From: a virus
Length of the DNA: 64,000 bases
IMG/VR virus record: IMGVR_UViG_3300022562_000354
Coordinates: 32,001-96,000 of that record
Direction: 5' to 3' (one strand)
A model generated the notes under the pieces. It had not been told where the DNA came from. It worked only from the letters and a program-made list of their open reading frames with translations, and did not search any database. The stretch's first letter is position 1. Each line of letters starts with the position of its first letter. The translations under genes and the position numbers were made by a program. Below, in pieces: positions 25,076 through 34,570 of this stretch.

Positions 25076-28000
25076 TCACTTCCTCTGGTTGGAGCTAGGT
25101 AGGATGTTTCGTTCTTGAGAGCCGTTTGGATTGAGCTTCCAACCGTACTTACCAAGTGCGGTCGAACGAACGTTCGTGAGCGTCAAGGTGTCTACCTTCC
25201 CAGCGGGGGTCGAGAGTTGGACCCCGACCTTCGGACGACGGATGTACCGGATGGCGGTTGCCGAGTCAGCCGTCACCTCCCCGATCTCAACACCCCCGCT
25301 CTTGTGAACCTGGCGTGCGAGGTTGATGTAGCACTCGGAGATGTCAGCAACACCGGAGAACCAGACGTTGTCGATCGACACCCCATCGGCGTCCAGAACC
25401 TCTACGGCAGGGAGTCCTGAAGAGAACGTGAGCAAGAAGGTGTCCTCGCGAGGAAGGATCCACTTCTTGAAGTCTGCTTGGTTCGAGATGAAGCCAGCAA
25501 CATCGCTGACCTCCGTAGAGTCAACATCCGTGAACGACTGATTGCCGCTCCGCGACAAGACGTTCCACCAGTAATACGTTTGCGGTCTGACAATCGTGTA
25601 GCTCTCGAACGTGACCGCCGTACCCGGTGGATCGTAGTAGGGGAGGTTGATCGAAAGGTGCGTGGCATCGCGCACCTTCTCAACGATCCGGTACATATCC
25701 CCCCAAGGACCGCTGAACCAGATGGAGTCCCCCACGGCGACGCTATCGGCGATGAAGTCGTCACCGGCAGCAAACATGGACATGTAGTTCGGGTTGGAAA
25801 AATCTGCCGTACCAGAGGTGATAGGTTCCTCCCAGGTGGCGACGTACCGAAGGCCAGCTATGTAGTCATTGGGAGACCCCGCTCCGTGGGTCATGGTTCG
25901 ACCAGACCACGCGGTCACGTCGTAGTTCCAGTAGGTGTACGGCGTGCCGGCGGTGCCGTATTCGTAGTTCTTCACCCAATCGAAGTAACCGCCGACCCAA
26001 CTGACCGATACCGACCACTTGTTGAGCTTGTCGTTCCAAACGACGTGAACACCGAAGCAGTCGGCCCAAATACCTGAACCATACTGCGGACCCGGCCACG
26101 TGCCGTTCGTGTTCCCGAGGAAGTGTGGGTTACCGTCGAACCAGATGTCTTCCCCGAAGTTATCGTTAGACAAGACCTGGAAGTCTCTCGTAACGTGATA
26201 AAAGGTGATGAAATTGTAGTTTGCCGTAACAACGAGGAAGGTGTCCCCGTTGAAGGCCATCGCGTGGCTGGCTCCCGTCCCTGAGAAGAACAGGGCCACG
26301 GGCTCCCGGCACCTCCCCTCGGGCAACGTGAAGGAGGTGATGTAGAGGTCGTCGAAGTAGCCATCGTGGTAGAGGATGATGTACTCGCCGGTCTTCCAGT
26401 CGTACTCCATCGCCACGATGCGGCTGACGTCGAGCGGTTGAGGGGCTCCGCTGATCCAACCCTTCCAGACGATAGGCTGAGCCATCGTCGCCAGCGCTGT
26501 AGCCGGAACGTCAACACCCGCAGGCAGAGGTAGCGACGTCTTGATGGAGGGGTTCAGAACTCCCCCAGAGGGACCTCCGATGGCTTGGTGACCAGCCGGC
26601 AACCCTCCGCTTTGGATGTGTCCGTACGCATCGATCGGACCCCCTTGGAGGTCCGTGGACAGGTATACCGTTCGGGTTCTCGGATTGAAGCTAACGATAC
26701 CGTAGGTACCAACGTTGAGGTTGGTACCCGTATCCTTCGTGATAACGAGAAGGTCCCCTGGTAGGGGGAGGGCGATGTTAACGTTGTCGAGAACGAGGGA
26801 GCTGTTGTTAATAACCCCCAAGCGCAGCTCGGAGCTGTCACCCATGTTCTTGATGACGTTATCCGCTCCGATCGCCTTGATTTGTTGCTTGTGACCAAAA
26901 CCCTCCTCGGGTACACACACGCACTTCGGGATGTTCCGACGCGTGGCCGTGGAGAGCCCCCCGTCCTCCAAGTTGTCCATATGGGCGAAGGTGATCACAA
27001 ATTGGTGACCATCCCAAACTACCTTCGGTGAGCTAAACACCGACTGGTCAGCGTAGGACGCATTGATCGCGTCAACGTCGATGGTGTGCGCTGGCACACC
27101 CATCCCCTTCACGGGATACAGGTCAGATGCGAACGTGGTGTCTGACGGAGGATTGGCTGCAACTGGGAAGAGGCTGTAGCCGATCATGGACCCACCAGCC
27201 GCTACCTGATAGTTGGTATGGTTGGTGTTCATCAGACCCATCGTCCAAACAACACAGAAGACCTTACCGCTGAAGGCCACGTCAATCAGGATCATCTGAC
27301 GAGCCTCTCCATCCCCAGACATGCTGTGGAGGATGGACGAGGCGACAACGCGAGGAGCGTTCGGCCTTGAAACCATAACGGCGGGAGTGGTGTTACCCTC
27401 AACCACGTTGATTCCAGTCAGCTCGTTCGGGATCCAATCCGTGCCTTCGCTTCCGGGGAAGCGAACCATGGAGACGACCCCACGGACCTTCGGTTGAACC
27501 TCAACGTTGTTTGCACCGATCCACGGAGTAGCGCCCGCGTGATCAGGGTCATGGGCGCATTGGATCACGTGGTGAGCGTAGAATGCGACGAAGTCCTTAC
27601 CATCCCAAATGACCCGTGGTGCATGCGCTTGGGCCGGGATGATGTAGTTTCGGTCTATGTTGTAACCCCATTGGTTCTGCGCGGGTTCTGTAGAAGGCGG
27701 GCCGGGGATGATCGGACCACGGATCCGAAGGGCGTCCGAACCAAGAGCGTTCGTGTAGACACCGTTTACCCCACCTCGGTACGAGGACTCCTCGTATGGG
27801 TTCGCCCTGGCGTAGCCAACGACCCCGGCTGTGTCATTGAACCCATCGAAGTTGATGTGAGCGAAGAAGTTGCGGAACCCGTCCGTAGCGAAGAAGGGGT
27901 TGCCTCCAGTGAGCCAACCGTGCCTCGTAAAGATGTGGTTTCGAGCTTCCAGCCGGAACTTCTGCTGTTGGGCGCCTCGGATCGCCATGTCCTTGAGGCC

Positions 28001-31000
28001 GCTACCCCAAGGACCAAAACTCTGACGGTAGAAGCACGTGAGGTTGTTGAGCGTGTTGAAGGGGGCGTTCACGCTTCCCGTCAGAACACGATCCACGAAG
28101 CCGTAGAAGTTGTCGCCCCACGAGATCGCCAGCATGGGGAACTCGTCCGGTCGAACTTCAGAGCACCCCTTGGGGGATCCGACAGCTACGCCTCGGTAGT
28201 GTAGATCGAGGTCAATTCGACTCCCAGGGATGAGGTCGTTCCAATTAATTTTGGAGCCGGGTGTGGTGCGATCATCCCCAAAGAGGAGGGTACCGCCCCC
28301 GCTCTTGTCGTCGTCACCCCACATACCCGCTCGATAGATGACTTCCGAGCTTCGATAGAATGCGGGGTACGTGTCTGGGGCGATGACGGCAACGTCTCGG
28401 GGCTCCTCCGCAAACGTCCAGAAGTTGGTGGAAACGGTGACTTCACCGTCTGGGTTGACACGGTAACCGGGGTTCTTGATCCCGCCCTTCGTCACGTTGT
28501 AGGACTGCTCCGGGGTGCCGGAACCGCCCATGACCAACCGCCACGTATAGACGTTCCCGATGGTAAGACCGGGAACCGCACCCGAGAGCTGGATGACGTG
28601 CTCCGAGTGCGTATTGGACGCATTGGTGACGATCGACGCGTATTGGTCGACCGCTGGGAAGTAGGCGTACCCTCCGGCAACGGTACCAGGGAGCGGAGTC
28701 CCGTCGATCCCATTGTCTTGGAAGGTGGTCCCACCCCAGATCATCGTGGGGTCCGAGAGATAGTAGTTACCGCCCGTGAAGATGTACTGCCCCGTGTCCG
28801 ATTCAATTCGGTTGACGGAGGGGCTCACCACCGTCCAGTCCTGACCGGACCACGTGACATCCGGGATGAACGAGCACGGGCGGGTTTCGGACCAAGGGAT
28901 CGAGTAGAACCTAGCTCCGATCGACATCTCCCAGTTTTCGGCCGTGGAGACCGTGATGCCGTTGTTGTTGGGGAGCGCCATGACCCGACCACCCAAAGCT
29001 CGCTGGGAGGTCGTGGAATCGGACGCAGCACGCGTGTAGAAGTGGTTGGGGGTTGTTACGAAGTTGGTAGACAGACCCGAGTACCCGGTGTTCTGCCAGC
29101 CACCAAGATTGGTGGCTCCCGGACCCTTGATGTAACCCTGCGCTCCGATCAATACGAAGCAGGTACTCAAGTGCAACCGATGAGCCGACTGGCTGAGGGC
29201 AACCCCGCCCGTCTGGTCGATGAGGTTCGTATTGAAACCCCCGTCCCAGTTCTTGATCGTGTTCTTGGACAAGAACGTGTTTGTGTCGAACGACTGGTAC
29301 ACGAGGATCCAGCCGTCATCCCCCTTCGAGAGCCTCGGGAAGTCCGGCTCTCGGATATCGTTGAGGTAGACGTTGGCCAAGGTGGTAGCAGGGACCGTCT
29401 TGGGAGTTCCTCGTCCTCCAACCGCCGCACGAGGAACTTGGGCAGTCGCTCCATTGTGCCAGATCGTATAGATCGTTGAACGTGGGATGATGTAGTAGTC
29501 GAACGTACCTACCACATTGGAGAGGGTTTCGTTGTTGTCCCATCGAACGTTCAAGGTGCCTACAGAGACCGCCTGAACGACACCTCGGTACCCACGATCC
29601 GCTGCCGTTGGTCCAACGACCAAGACCCGAGATCCAACGGCCACACCCACTGCGGCGAAATCCGGGTAGGCTGGGTCCGTCAACGTGCAGTTCGGGGAGC
29701 CGTGAATGTACACTCCGGTCGTACCGTGAATCACGGCATGGCGGCGAGCGGACCAGCAGAAGAGGAACCCGGATTCCCCATCTTCGGAAACATCCGAGCC
29801 TGAAATGACATGCCCACCGCTAAGTCCGAGGTCCCCGCTGTAAGTCTCGGTACCTGTTGTGGCGTCGAAGATGCGCCACCGGCCGGACATGTTCGTCCCG
29901 CCTGGCGTGAACGAATTTGAGGAGGAGATTCCGATCGTGTACACACCCCCCGAAACTTGAGGACTTGACGCAATCGAAGGTTGCGTCGTGAGACCCCCTG
30001 GGGCCACGTCGATCGAGTTGGGGAACCGCGTGGCGAACGAGACGGCTCCTTGGGCGAAGGTGGGGACAACGACATTCCAATGGACCGCAGGGCCGTCCGG
30101 AGCAGATCGCTCCTCTACCCATACGACGGCGTACTCGTCCGTGAAGGGTTGGTGCGAGATACGAGGGTAGTGAGCCGGAGTGTACTCCGCCACATTGGTC
30201 AAGGCGCCCGTAGCGTACGTGAACAGATTGGCAGATCCGTCCTTGACGTTGAGCATGTTAGGGCCGAGGACCGAAGTACCGTCCGGGTTGATCTCGTCGA
30301 ACCAAATTGAATTGGTATCGAGATCCGCGTAAACAACACCCCACACTCGACGAGTCGGGTTCCAGACGCAATCGAGCCCTTCCAGGTTTCCGGTTGAGCC
30401 CCAGTCGCGGTAAGGAGCCGTACACTGCGGCGTGGACCCCTGAACGAACGGGGTCTCCACAGCGGCCGGGCTTGCCCCAACTTCGTCCGTGTCGAAGTCG
30501 TAGACACCCCAGGACGTGTTCGGCCCGAACTTGAAAACGGTAGGCCAGTAGAAGTGGTAACCGCTGATGAACTTGGATTCGAGCTGGGTGGCCCGTCCTT
30601 CACCTTCCACCATGACGCCGGGGGGCACGTTCACGGTCTTGGCGATGAAATACTTACCCTTGCGGAGATGGACCGTACCGTAGCCTTCGATGGCCGACGC
30701 GATGAAGGCCGCCCGAAGTGTCTGGGCTTGCTCCGTGGTATCCCCAACGAAGCCGATGTACTTGGCGGTCGGGTTGTAGTCACCGCCAGGGCTCTGCGCG
30801 GGGGTCTCACCGCCGCCGACCGTGATTGCCGTCTTGTCGGCAATCACAAGCTCCCTTGCACTGGTTGGGTGGCCTCCACCCAACCCACGACCCTGACGGA
30901 TCATGGTGGGGGTGACTTGAGGCTCCCCGCTAGAGGTCCCGTCCTCTTTCAGACGGAAGCCTCGGAAGGGGTTGGAGCTGCCGAAGTAGTCGTGCTTGAA

Positions 31001-32341
31001 GCCGAACCCGAGCTTGGTTCCGGGATCCCATGACGGCCAGTTGGAGCTGTCACCGAGGGCTTCGAGAGCCATCGAATAGGTCTTGTCCGCGTCGAGCGTA
31101 CCAACCTGACCCATTCGCCAGACATCGTAGACGGGGTCGTAGAGGATCGCTGCGCCGAGCTTTGTCGCCTCTCCCGTGGTTCGCTGGTCATAGAGCGCTC
31201 GAACCGCACCGGCCGGGGTGAGGTCCCCAGCCAAGATGTCTACGATCTGAAAGAAGACCGCGTAGAGCTGGAGGCGGCCCGTAGACGGGTTGACCCCTTC
31301 GATACCCCCGGTGGGTTTGAAGTCGTCACCGGCTCGGGGGGCGACCGAAAGGCGGAGAATCCCGGCCTTGTAGTCGATCGTCATTCGTTGGTCGCCGATA
31401 TCGATCGTTGAGTCGATGATCGGGTTCAACGTGGCGATCGGAGACAACAGGTCCGGGTCGGTTCCCGCAGCGTTGCTCCGGTAGAAAATGGGGCGGTACC
31501 CGAGTTGTTCGAGGTTGCCCGCAGGACCCGCTCCTCGAAAGACCGCATCCGCACGGTCTGCGACCGAGGTAAAGCTGTCGACCTTGTTGATTCGAGGGTG
31601 GGCTACGTTTTTGACATGCCCGTAGTAGACATCGTTCGCATTGGGAACCGTCGCATCGTGCGTGGTGACCCCAGCGAACCAATCGTCGAAGAACAGGAAG
31701 CTCTGCTCCTGCCCGAGCGGTCCCGAACCGGGGATCGCGAAAAGTTGGACAGGCCGTGGCCGAACAACCGTGAACCTGTAGTAGTAGCTATCGACGGTGA
31801 GTTGGGTGGTAGGAGACCCGTACGGAGCGTTGATAGACGACAGAGTCAACGTCGTGGCGGTCGCCGAATCGACAACCGCCGTTGTCCAACGGTTGGAGGC
31901 GAACCCAACCGAGGACGCGACGATGAGGAGGATGTCGCCAGGTAGGACGCTACCGAACCCGGAATTTGCGTCCTCAAAGGTCGTCGCAGTCGCAGCGTAA
32001 CCAACGAGCCCGGCGCTGTTGTAGATGGTATCGACCCCGTGCCAACGAACGGACTCGGCGGTATTGAGGTCATCCCAAACACGGCAAGCGGATGTCCCGA
32101 CGAACTTCCCAGGGGCGGACGGGGGCACAAGCCCAACCACCTCGTCGATCGTGATGTGCGGACCAGTATCGTACTGCTCCGCGTTGATCGACCCGACACC
32201 AACCACAGATTCAGGGGCGAGCCCCGAATCTCCAACGGTCAGTGCCTTCCCACCTGCGTAGAAGTCAGACTTCCTGAGCTGCTCCAGCTCCAGGCGGGTG
32301 AGGTTCGAGTAGCTGCCGGTTGACGTGAATGTTCCAGCCAT
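25076..32341 (-). CDS. Giant tailspike/adhesin: beta-helix cap plus beta-propeller repeats
   Basis: 2421 aa. Pectate-lyase-3-like cap GTVHLRKGKYFIAKTVNVPPGVMVEGEG; about 14 repeats of P-x-V-x-W-D-G-x-x-F-x-V type. Confidence 0.75.
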   Translation of the reverse strand: MAGTFTSTGSYSNLTRLELEQLRKSDFYAGGKALTVGDSGLAPESVVGVGSINAEQYDTGPHITIDEVVGLVPPSAPGKFVGTSACRVWDDLNTAESVRWHGVDTIYNSAGLVGYAATATTFEDANSGFGSVLPGDILLIVASSVGFASNRWTTAVVDSATATTLTLSSINAPYGSPTTQLTVDSYYYRFTVVRPRPVQLFAIPGSGPLGQEQSFLFFDDWFAGVTTHDATVPNANDVYYGHVKNVAHPRINKVDSFTSVADRADAVFRGAGPAGNLEQLGYRPIFYRSNAAGTDPDLLSPIATLNPIIDSTIDIGDQRMTIDYKAGILRLSVAPRAGDDFKPTGGIEGVNPSTGRLQLYAVFFQIVDILAGDLTPAGAVRALYDQRTTGEATKLGAAILYDPVYDVWRMGQVGTLDADKTYSMALEALGDSSNWPSWDPGTKLGFGFKHDYFGSSNPFRGFRLKEDGTSSGEPQVTPTMIRQGRGLGGGHPTSARELVIADKTAITVGGGETPAQSPGGDYNPTAKYIGFVGDTTEQAQTLRAAFIASAIEGYGTVHLRKGKYFIAKTVNVPPGVMVEGEGRATQLESKFISGYHFYWPTVFKFGPNTSWGVYDFDTDEVGASPAAVETPFVQGSTPQCTAPYRDWGSTGNLEGLDCVWNPTRRVWGVVYADLDTNSIWFDEINPDGTSVLGPNMLNVKDGSANLFTYATGALTNVAEYTPAHYPRISHQPFTDEYAVVWVEERSAPDGPAVHWNVVVPTFAQGAVSFATRFPNSIDVAPGGLTTQPSIASSPQVSGGVYTIGISSSNSFTPGGTNMSGRWRIFDATTGTETYSGDLGLSGGHVISGSDVSEDGESGFLFCWSARRHAVIHGTTGVYIHGSPNCTLTDPAYPDFAAVGVAVGSRVLVVGPTAADRGYRGVVQAVSVGTLNVRWDNNETLSNVVGTFDYYIIPRSTIYTIWHNGATAQVPRAAVGGRGTPKTVPATTLANVYLNDIREPDFPRLSKGDDGWILVYQSFDTNTFLSKNTIKNWDGGFNTNLIDQTGGVALSQSAHRLHLSTCFVLIGAQGYIKGPGATNLGGWQNTGYSGLSTNFVTTPNHFYTRAASDSTTSQRALGGRVMALPNNNGITVSTAENWEMSIGARFYSIPWSETRPCSFIPDVTWSGQDWTVVSPSVNRIESDTGQYIFTGGNYYLSDPTMIWGGTTFQDNGIDGTPLPGTVAGGYAYFPAVDQYASIVTNASNTHSEHVIQLSGAVPGLTIGNVYTWRLVMGGSGTPEQSYNVTKGGIKNPGYRVNPDGEVTVSTNFWTFAEEPRDVAVIAPDTYPAFYRSSEVIYRAGMWGDDDKSGGGTLLFGDDRTTPGSKINWNDLIPGSRIDLDLHYRGVAVGSPKGCSEVRPDEFPMLAISWGDNFYGFVDRVLTGSVNAPFNTLNNLTCFYRQSFGPWGSGLKDMAIRGAQQQKFRLEARNHIFTRHGWLTGGNPFFATDGFRNFFAHINFDGFNDTAGVVGYARANPYEESSYRGGVNGVYTNALGSDALRIRGPIIPGPPSTEPAQNQWGYNIDRNYIIPAQAHAPRVIWDGKDFVAFYAHHVIQCAHDPDHAGATPWIGANNVEVQPKVRGVVSMVRFPGSEGTDWIPNELTGINVVEGNTTPAVMVSRPNAPRVVASSILHSMSGDGEARQMILIDVAFSGKVFCVVWTMGLMNTNHTNYQVAAGGSMIGYSLFPVAANPPSDTTFASDLYPVKGMGVPAHTIDVDAINASYADQSVFSSPKVVWDGHQFVITFAHMDNLEDGGLSTATRRNIPKCVCVPEEGFGHKQQIKAIGADNVIKNMGDSSELRLGVINNSSLVLDNVNIALPLPGDLLVITKDTGTNLNVGTYGIVSFNPRTRTVYLSTDLQGGPIDAYGHIQSGGLPAGHQAIGGPSGGVLNPSIKTSLPLPAGVDVPATALATMAQPIVWKGWISGAPQPLDVSRIVAMEYDWKTGEYIILYHDGYFDDLYITSFTLPEGRCREPVALFFSGTGASHAMAFNGDTFLVVTANYNFITFYHVTRDFQVLSNDNFGEDIWFDGNPHFLGNTNGTWPGPQYGSGIWADCFGVHVVWNDKLNKWSVSVSWVGGYFDWVKNYEYGTAGTPYTYWNYDVTAWSGRTMTHGAGSPNDYIAGLRYVATWEEPITSGTADFSNPNYMSMFAAGDDFIADSVAVGDSIWFSGPWGDMYRIVEKVRDATHLSINLPYYDPPGTAVTFESYTIVRPQTYYWWNVLSRSGNQSFTDVDSTEVSDVAGFISNQADFKKWILPREDTFLLTFSSGLPAVEVLDADGVSIDNVWFSGVADISECYINLARQVHKSGGVEIGEVTADSATAIRYIRRPKVGVQLSTPAGKVDTLTLTNVRSTALGKYGWKLNPNGSQERNILPSSNQRK

Positions 32342-32365
32342 AGGTTCCCTGCGCTAGTCCAACAG

Positions 32366-32375
32366 CATAAAAGGG
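32366..32375 (-). promoter_or_regulatory. T-rich CCCTTTTATG element (candidate late promoter)
   Basis: Intergenic, about 25 nt upstream of ATG 32341. Confidence 0.45.
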
Positions 32376-32397
32376 TTCGTCTCGATCAGAGGCATCG

Positions 32398-34569
32398 TCA
32401 CGGCGGGAGCCACTCGATCTCGTCGAGGTAGATGTTCGTGTTGGGGTTGATGATCGTCACACGGACGAACAACAGGTACTCACCGCTGCCGTTGTCAGCC
32501 GTGAAAAACTGCGTGTCGTACGAGAAGATCATCTCAGGCGTGCTGTCCCCCGAGACAGCCGTACGGCAACCTCGGAAGTCGCTGCTCTTGACCAAGTCCG
32601 GTACACCGTTGGCTCGTCCAAGATCGAGCCACCCGGATTGCTGCGGAACCTTGATCTGAATGATCATGCCGCCCGCGTGGTCCGTGACCTCCGCAGGGTC
32701 GATGACAGGAGAGCCCGCAAACTGGGATAGAAACAGGTTGGTCTGCGGACCCGGCTGGTTGATTTTGATGCGGATCCGACCAGTGTTTCGAGCGATCCCT
32801 GTGTTGAAAGCTCGGACCCAACGACGCTTATGGTTGGCCGAATCCCCAGCCTGAACCGCTGCGTAGTCGGACCCTCCAGCTTGGACTGGGCGGATGGCAG
32901 CGGCAGAGAAATCGACGCTTGGGTAGATGAGGCGGCCACCGTGGCACTGAAGACCCCCATCATCGGCAACGAGCTTCGCCGTCGAATCGTAGATATCCCC
33001 ACCAGAGGGTAGGAGCGAGGTACCAGCCCAGGTCGCCCCAAAACTGTTGATGTGGCGGTAATCCTCCAAGACGAAGTGGTCTTGGGTCTCCGTCTGCTTG
33101 TTGTCCGTGAGGGCGTTGGCCGTGTCCCACGTATTGTAGAGGATGTTTAGGTCGCTGGTGCCCGTAGCTGCGGTCGAACCAGGGTTACGCCAGAGGGCGA
33201 GGTAGTTGGAGTAAGGCCAGTAGGTGAAGCGAGAGGCCCCAGCCACCACGAGCCCGGTCTGTGTAAGTCGAGCGGTTTGACCGATCGCTGGAGGAGACCC
33301 AAGCGAGTAGTCGAGCGCCGTCCCGTGATTCAAGATCGTGGGGGTGCCTTCGTCGTAGAGTTGGTAGTCCACCAACGGACCGCCGAACTGGCTCAAGTCC
33401 CCTTGGACGATCGGGTAAGGTGCCTCGAAGCCTACCGGAACACTCGCCGAAGCGACCGTGTTCGTGTAGTAACCGTCGAAAAGGTCCCCGCAGACCCCAA
33501 CCACATCCACCGCAAAGCTCGGAGAATCGTAGTATTCGATGCCGGAGACAAGTTGGGTAGTCAACGTTCCAGCCGGGGTCGTCGTTACCGCCGTAGGCGT
33601 CGGCGCGATAACGGAGGTCTTGTAGACGTTGAGGCGTTCGACGTTCTCGTACTCGGGACCGGAGGACGCGGAGTAGAGGTTGTCTGCGGTGAAAGAAGCC
33701 GCCAAACCAGCCGGTTGGATGGCCGTGAGGGTGTTGGCGTACTGCTCTCGCCAGTGAACGAGGAGGAAGCTGTCCGCATCCCCAGCCGCAGCGATCGTGT
33801 ACGGGATGTTGAACTTCGCGAGCTGGTAGAGCGAGAAGTCTTGCCCATACGGGCTGTACTCCGAGCCCGGATAGTTGGCGAGGTAGGGGAACCGATCCGC
33901 CAAGCTGATCCAGTCGATACCGGAGTTGGAGGCCGTGTAGTCCGTCTGGCCGGTAGACCGTGTCAGCTCATCGAAGGCCGACCCTGGGATGCCGGGAGGG
34001 GGTGGGTTCTGCGCCAACCAAATGGCTGCGATGAGGGTTGTTTGGGCGGCGTTGGTGAAGTCCCCATCGGTCGTGCTGTAGAGAGCCAACACACCTCGGT
34101 CGGCCGGATACAAAGTCCCCGACAGAGAAACGGACGTGTCCGTGTTGACCGATACGTACTTGGTGACAACCCCGACCCCGCCGTCCGTCCAGCCTCCGTG
34201 GTACGCATCCTCCCCAACCGTGAGGACGTTGTTCCAGTAGGGAACACCATCGTTGGGGATGTTCAGGTTATCGTACCCAATCCGGTCGGGACGAGCAGGA
34301 AAGAGCTGAGCCAGGGCCGCGAGCGCATCGGAAACCGACTCACCGTCGTACGGACCCCCAGCGGATCCAAGGAGCGGAGAACCCGAGTTGGGGTCCGTCT
34401 CCGGAACGCCGATGGCCGAGGCCATGTGAGCGTCGATGGGGTCGCCGATGTGCGCAGCGAGGTCCCCGGAACCAGAGAACGGGAAGGCGAGCGCAGACGC
34501 CGGGACCTGACCAGCCGCCAGCTTGCCGGGGCCGGGTTGAACGACGGACGGGTCATTGTTGCTCGGCAT
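32398..34569 (-). CDS. Putative tail fibre-associated virion protein
   Basis: 723 aa. LAAHIGDPIDAHMASAIG...VSDALAAL is a motif type common in phage fibres. Confidence 0.7.
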   Translation of the reverse strand: MPSNNDPSVVQPGPGKLAAGQVPASALAFPFSGSGDLAAHIGDPIDAHMASAIGVPETDPNSGSPLLGSAGGPYDGESVSDALAALAQLFPARPDRIGYDNLNIPNDGVPYWNNVLTVGEDAYHGGWTDGGVGVVTKYVSVNTDTSVSLSGTLYPADRGVLALYSTTDGDFTNAAQTTLIAAIWLAQNPPPPGIPGSAFDELTRSTGQTDYTASNSGIDWISLADRFPYLANYPGSEYSPYGQDFSLYQLAKFNIPYTIAAAGDADSFLLVHWREQYANTLTAIQPAGLAASFTADNLYSASSGPEYENVERLNVYKTSVIAPTPTAVTTTPAGTLTTQLVSGIEYYDSPSFAVDVVGVCGDLFDGYYTNTVASASVPVGFEAPYPIVQGDLSQFGGPLVDYQLYDEGTPTILNHGTALDYSLGSPPAIGQTARLTQTGLVVAGASRFTYWPYSNYLALWRNPGSTAATGTSDLNILYNTWDTANALTDNKQTETQDHFVLEDYRHINSFGATWAGTSLLPSGGDIYDSTAKLVADDGGLQCHGGRLIYPSVDFSAAAIRPVQAGGSDYAAVQAGDSANHKRRWVRAFNTGIARNTGRIRIKINQPGPQTNLFLSQFAGSPVIDPAEVTDHAGGMIIQIKVPQQSGWLDLGRANGVPDLVKSSDFRGCRTAVSGDSTPEMIFSYDTQFFTADNGSGEYLLFVRVTIINPNTNIYLDEIEWLPP

Positions 34570-34570
34570 C

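Noticed and set aside
24431-32608. Extra CGGTGTA copies at 24431 and 32602
   Set aside because: Both are inside coding sequence (Gly-Val codons), far from starts, and within the number expected by chance.
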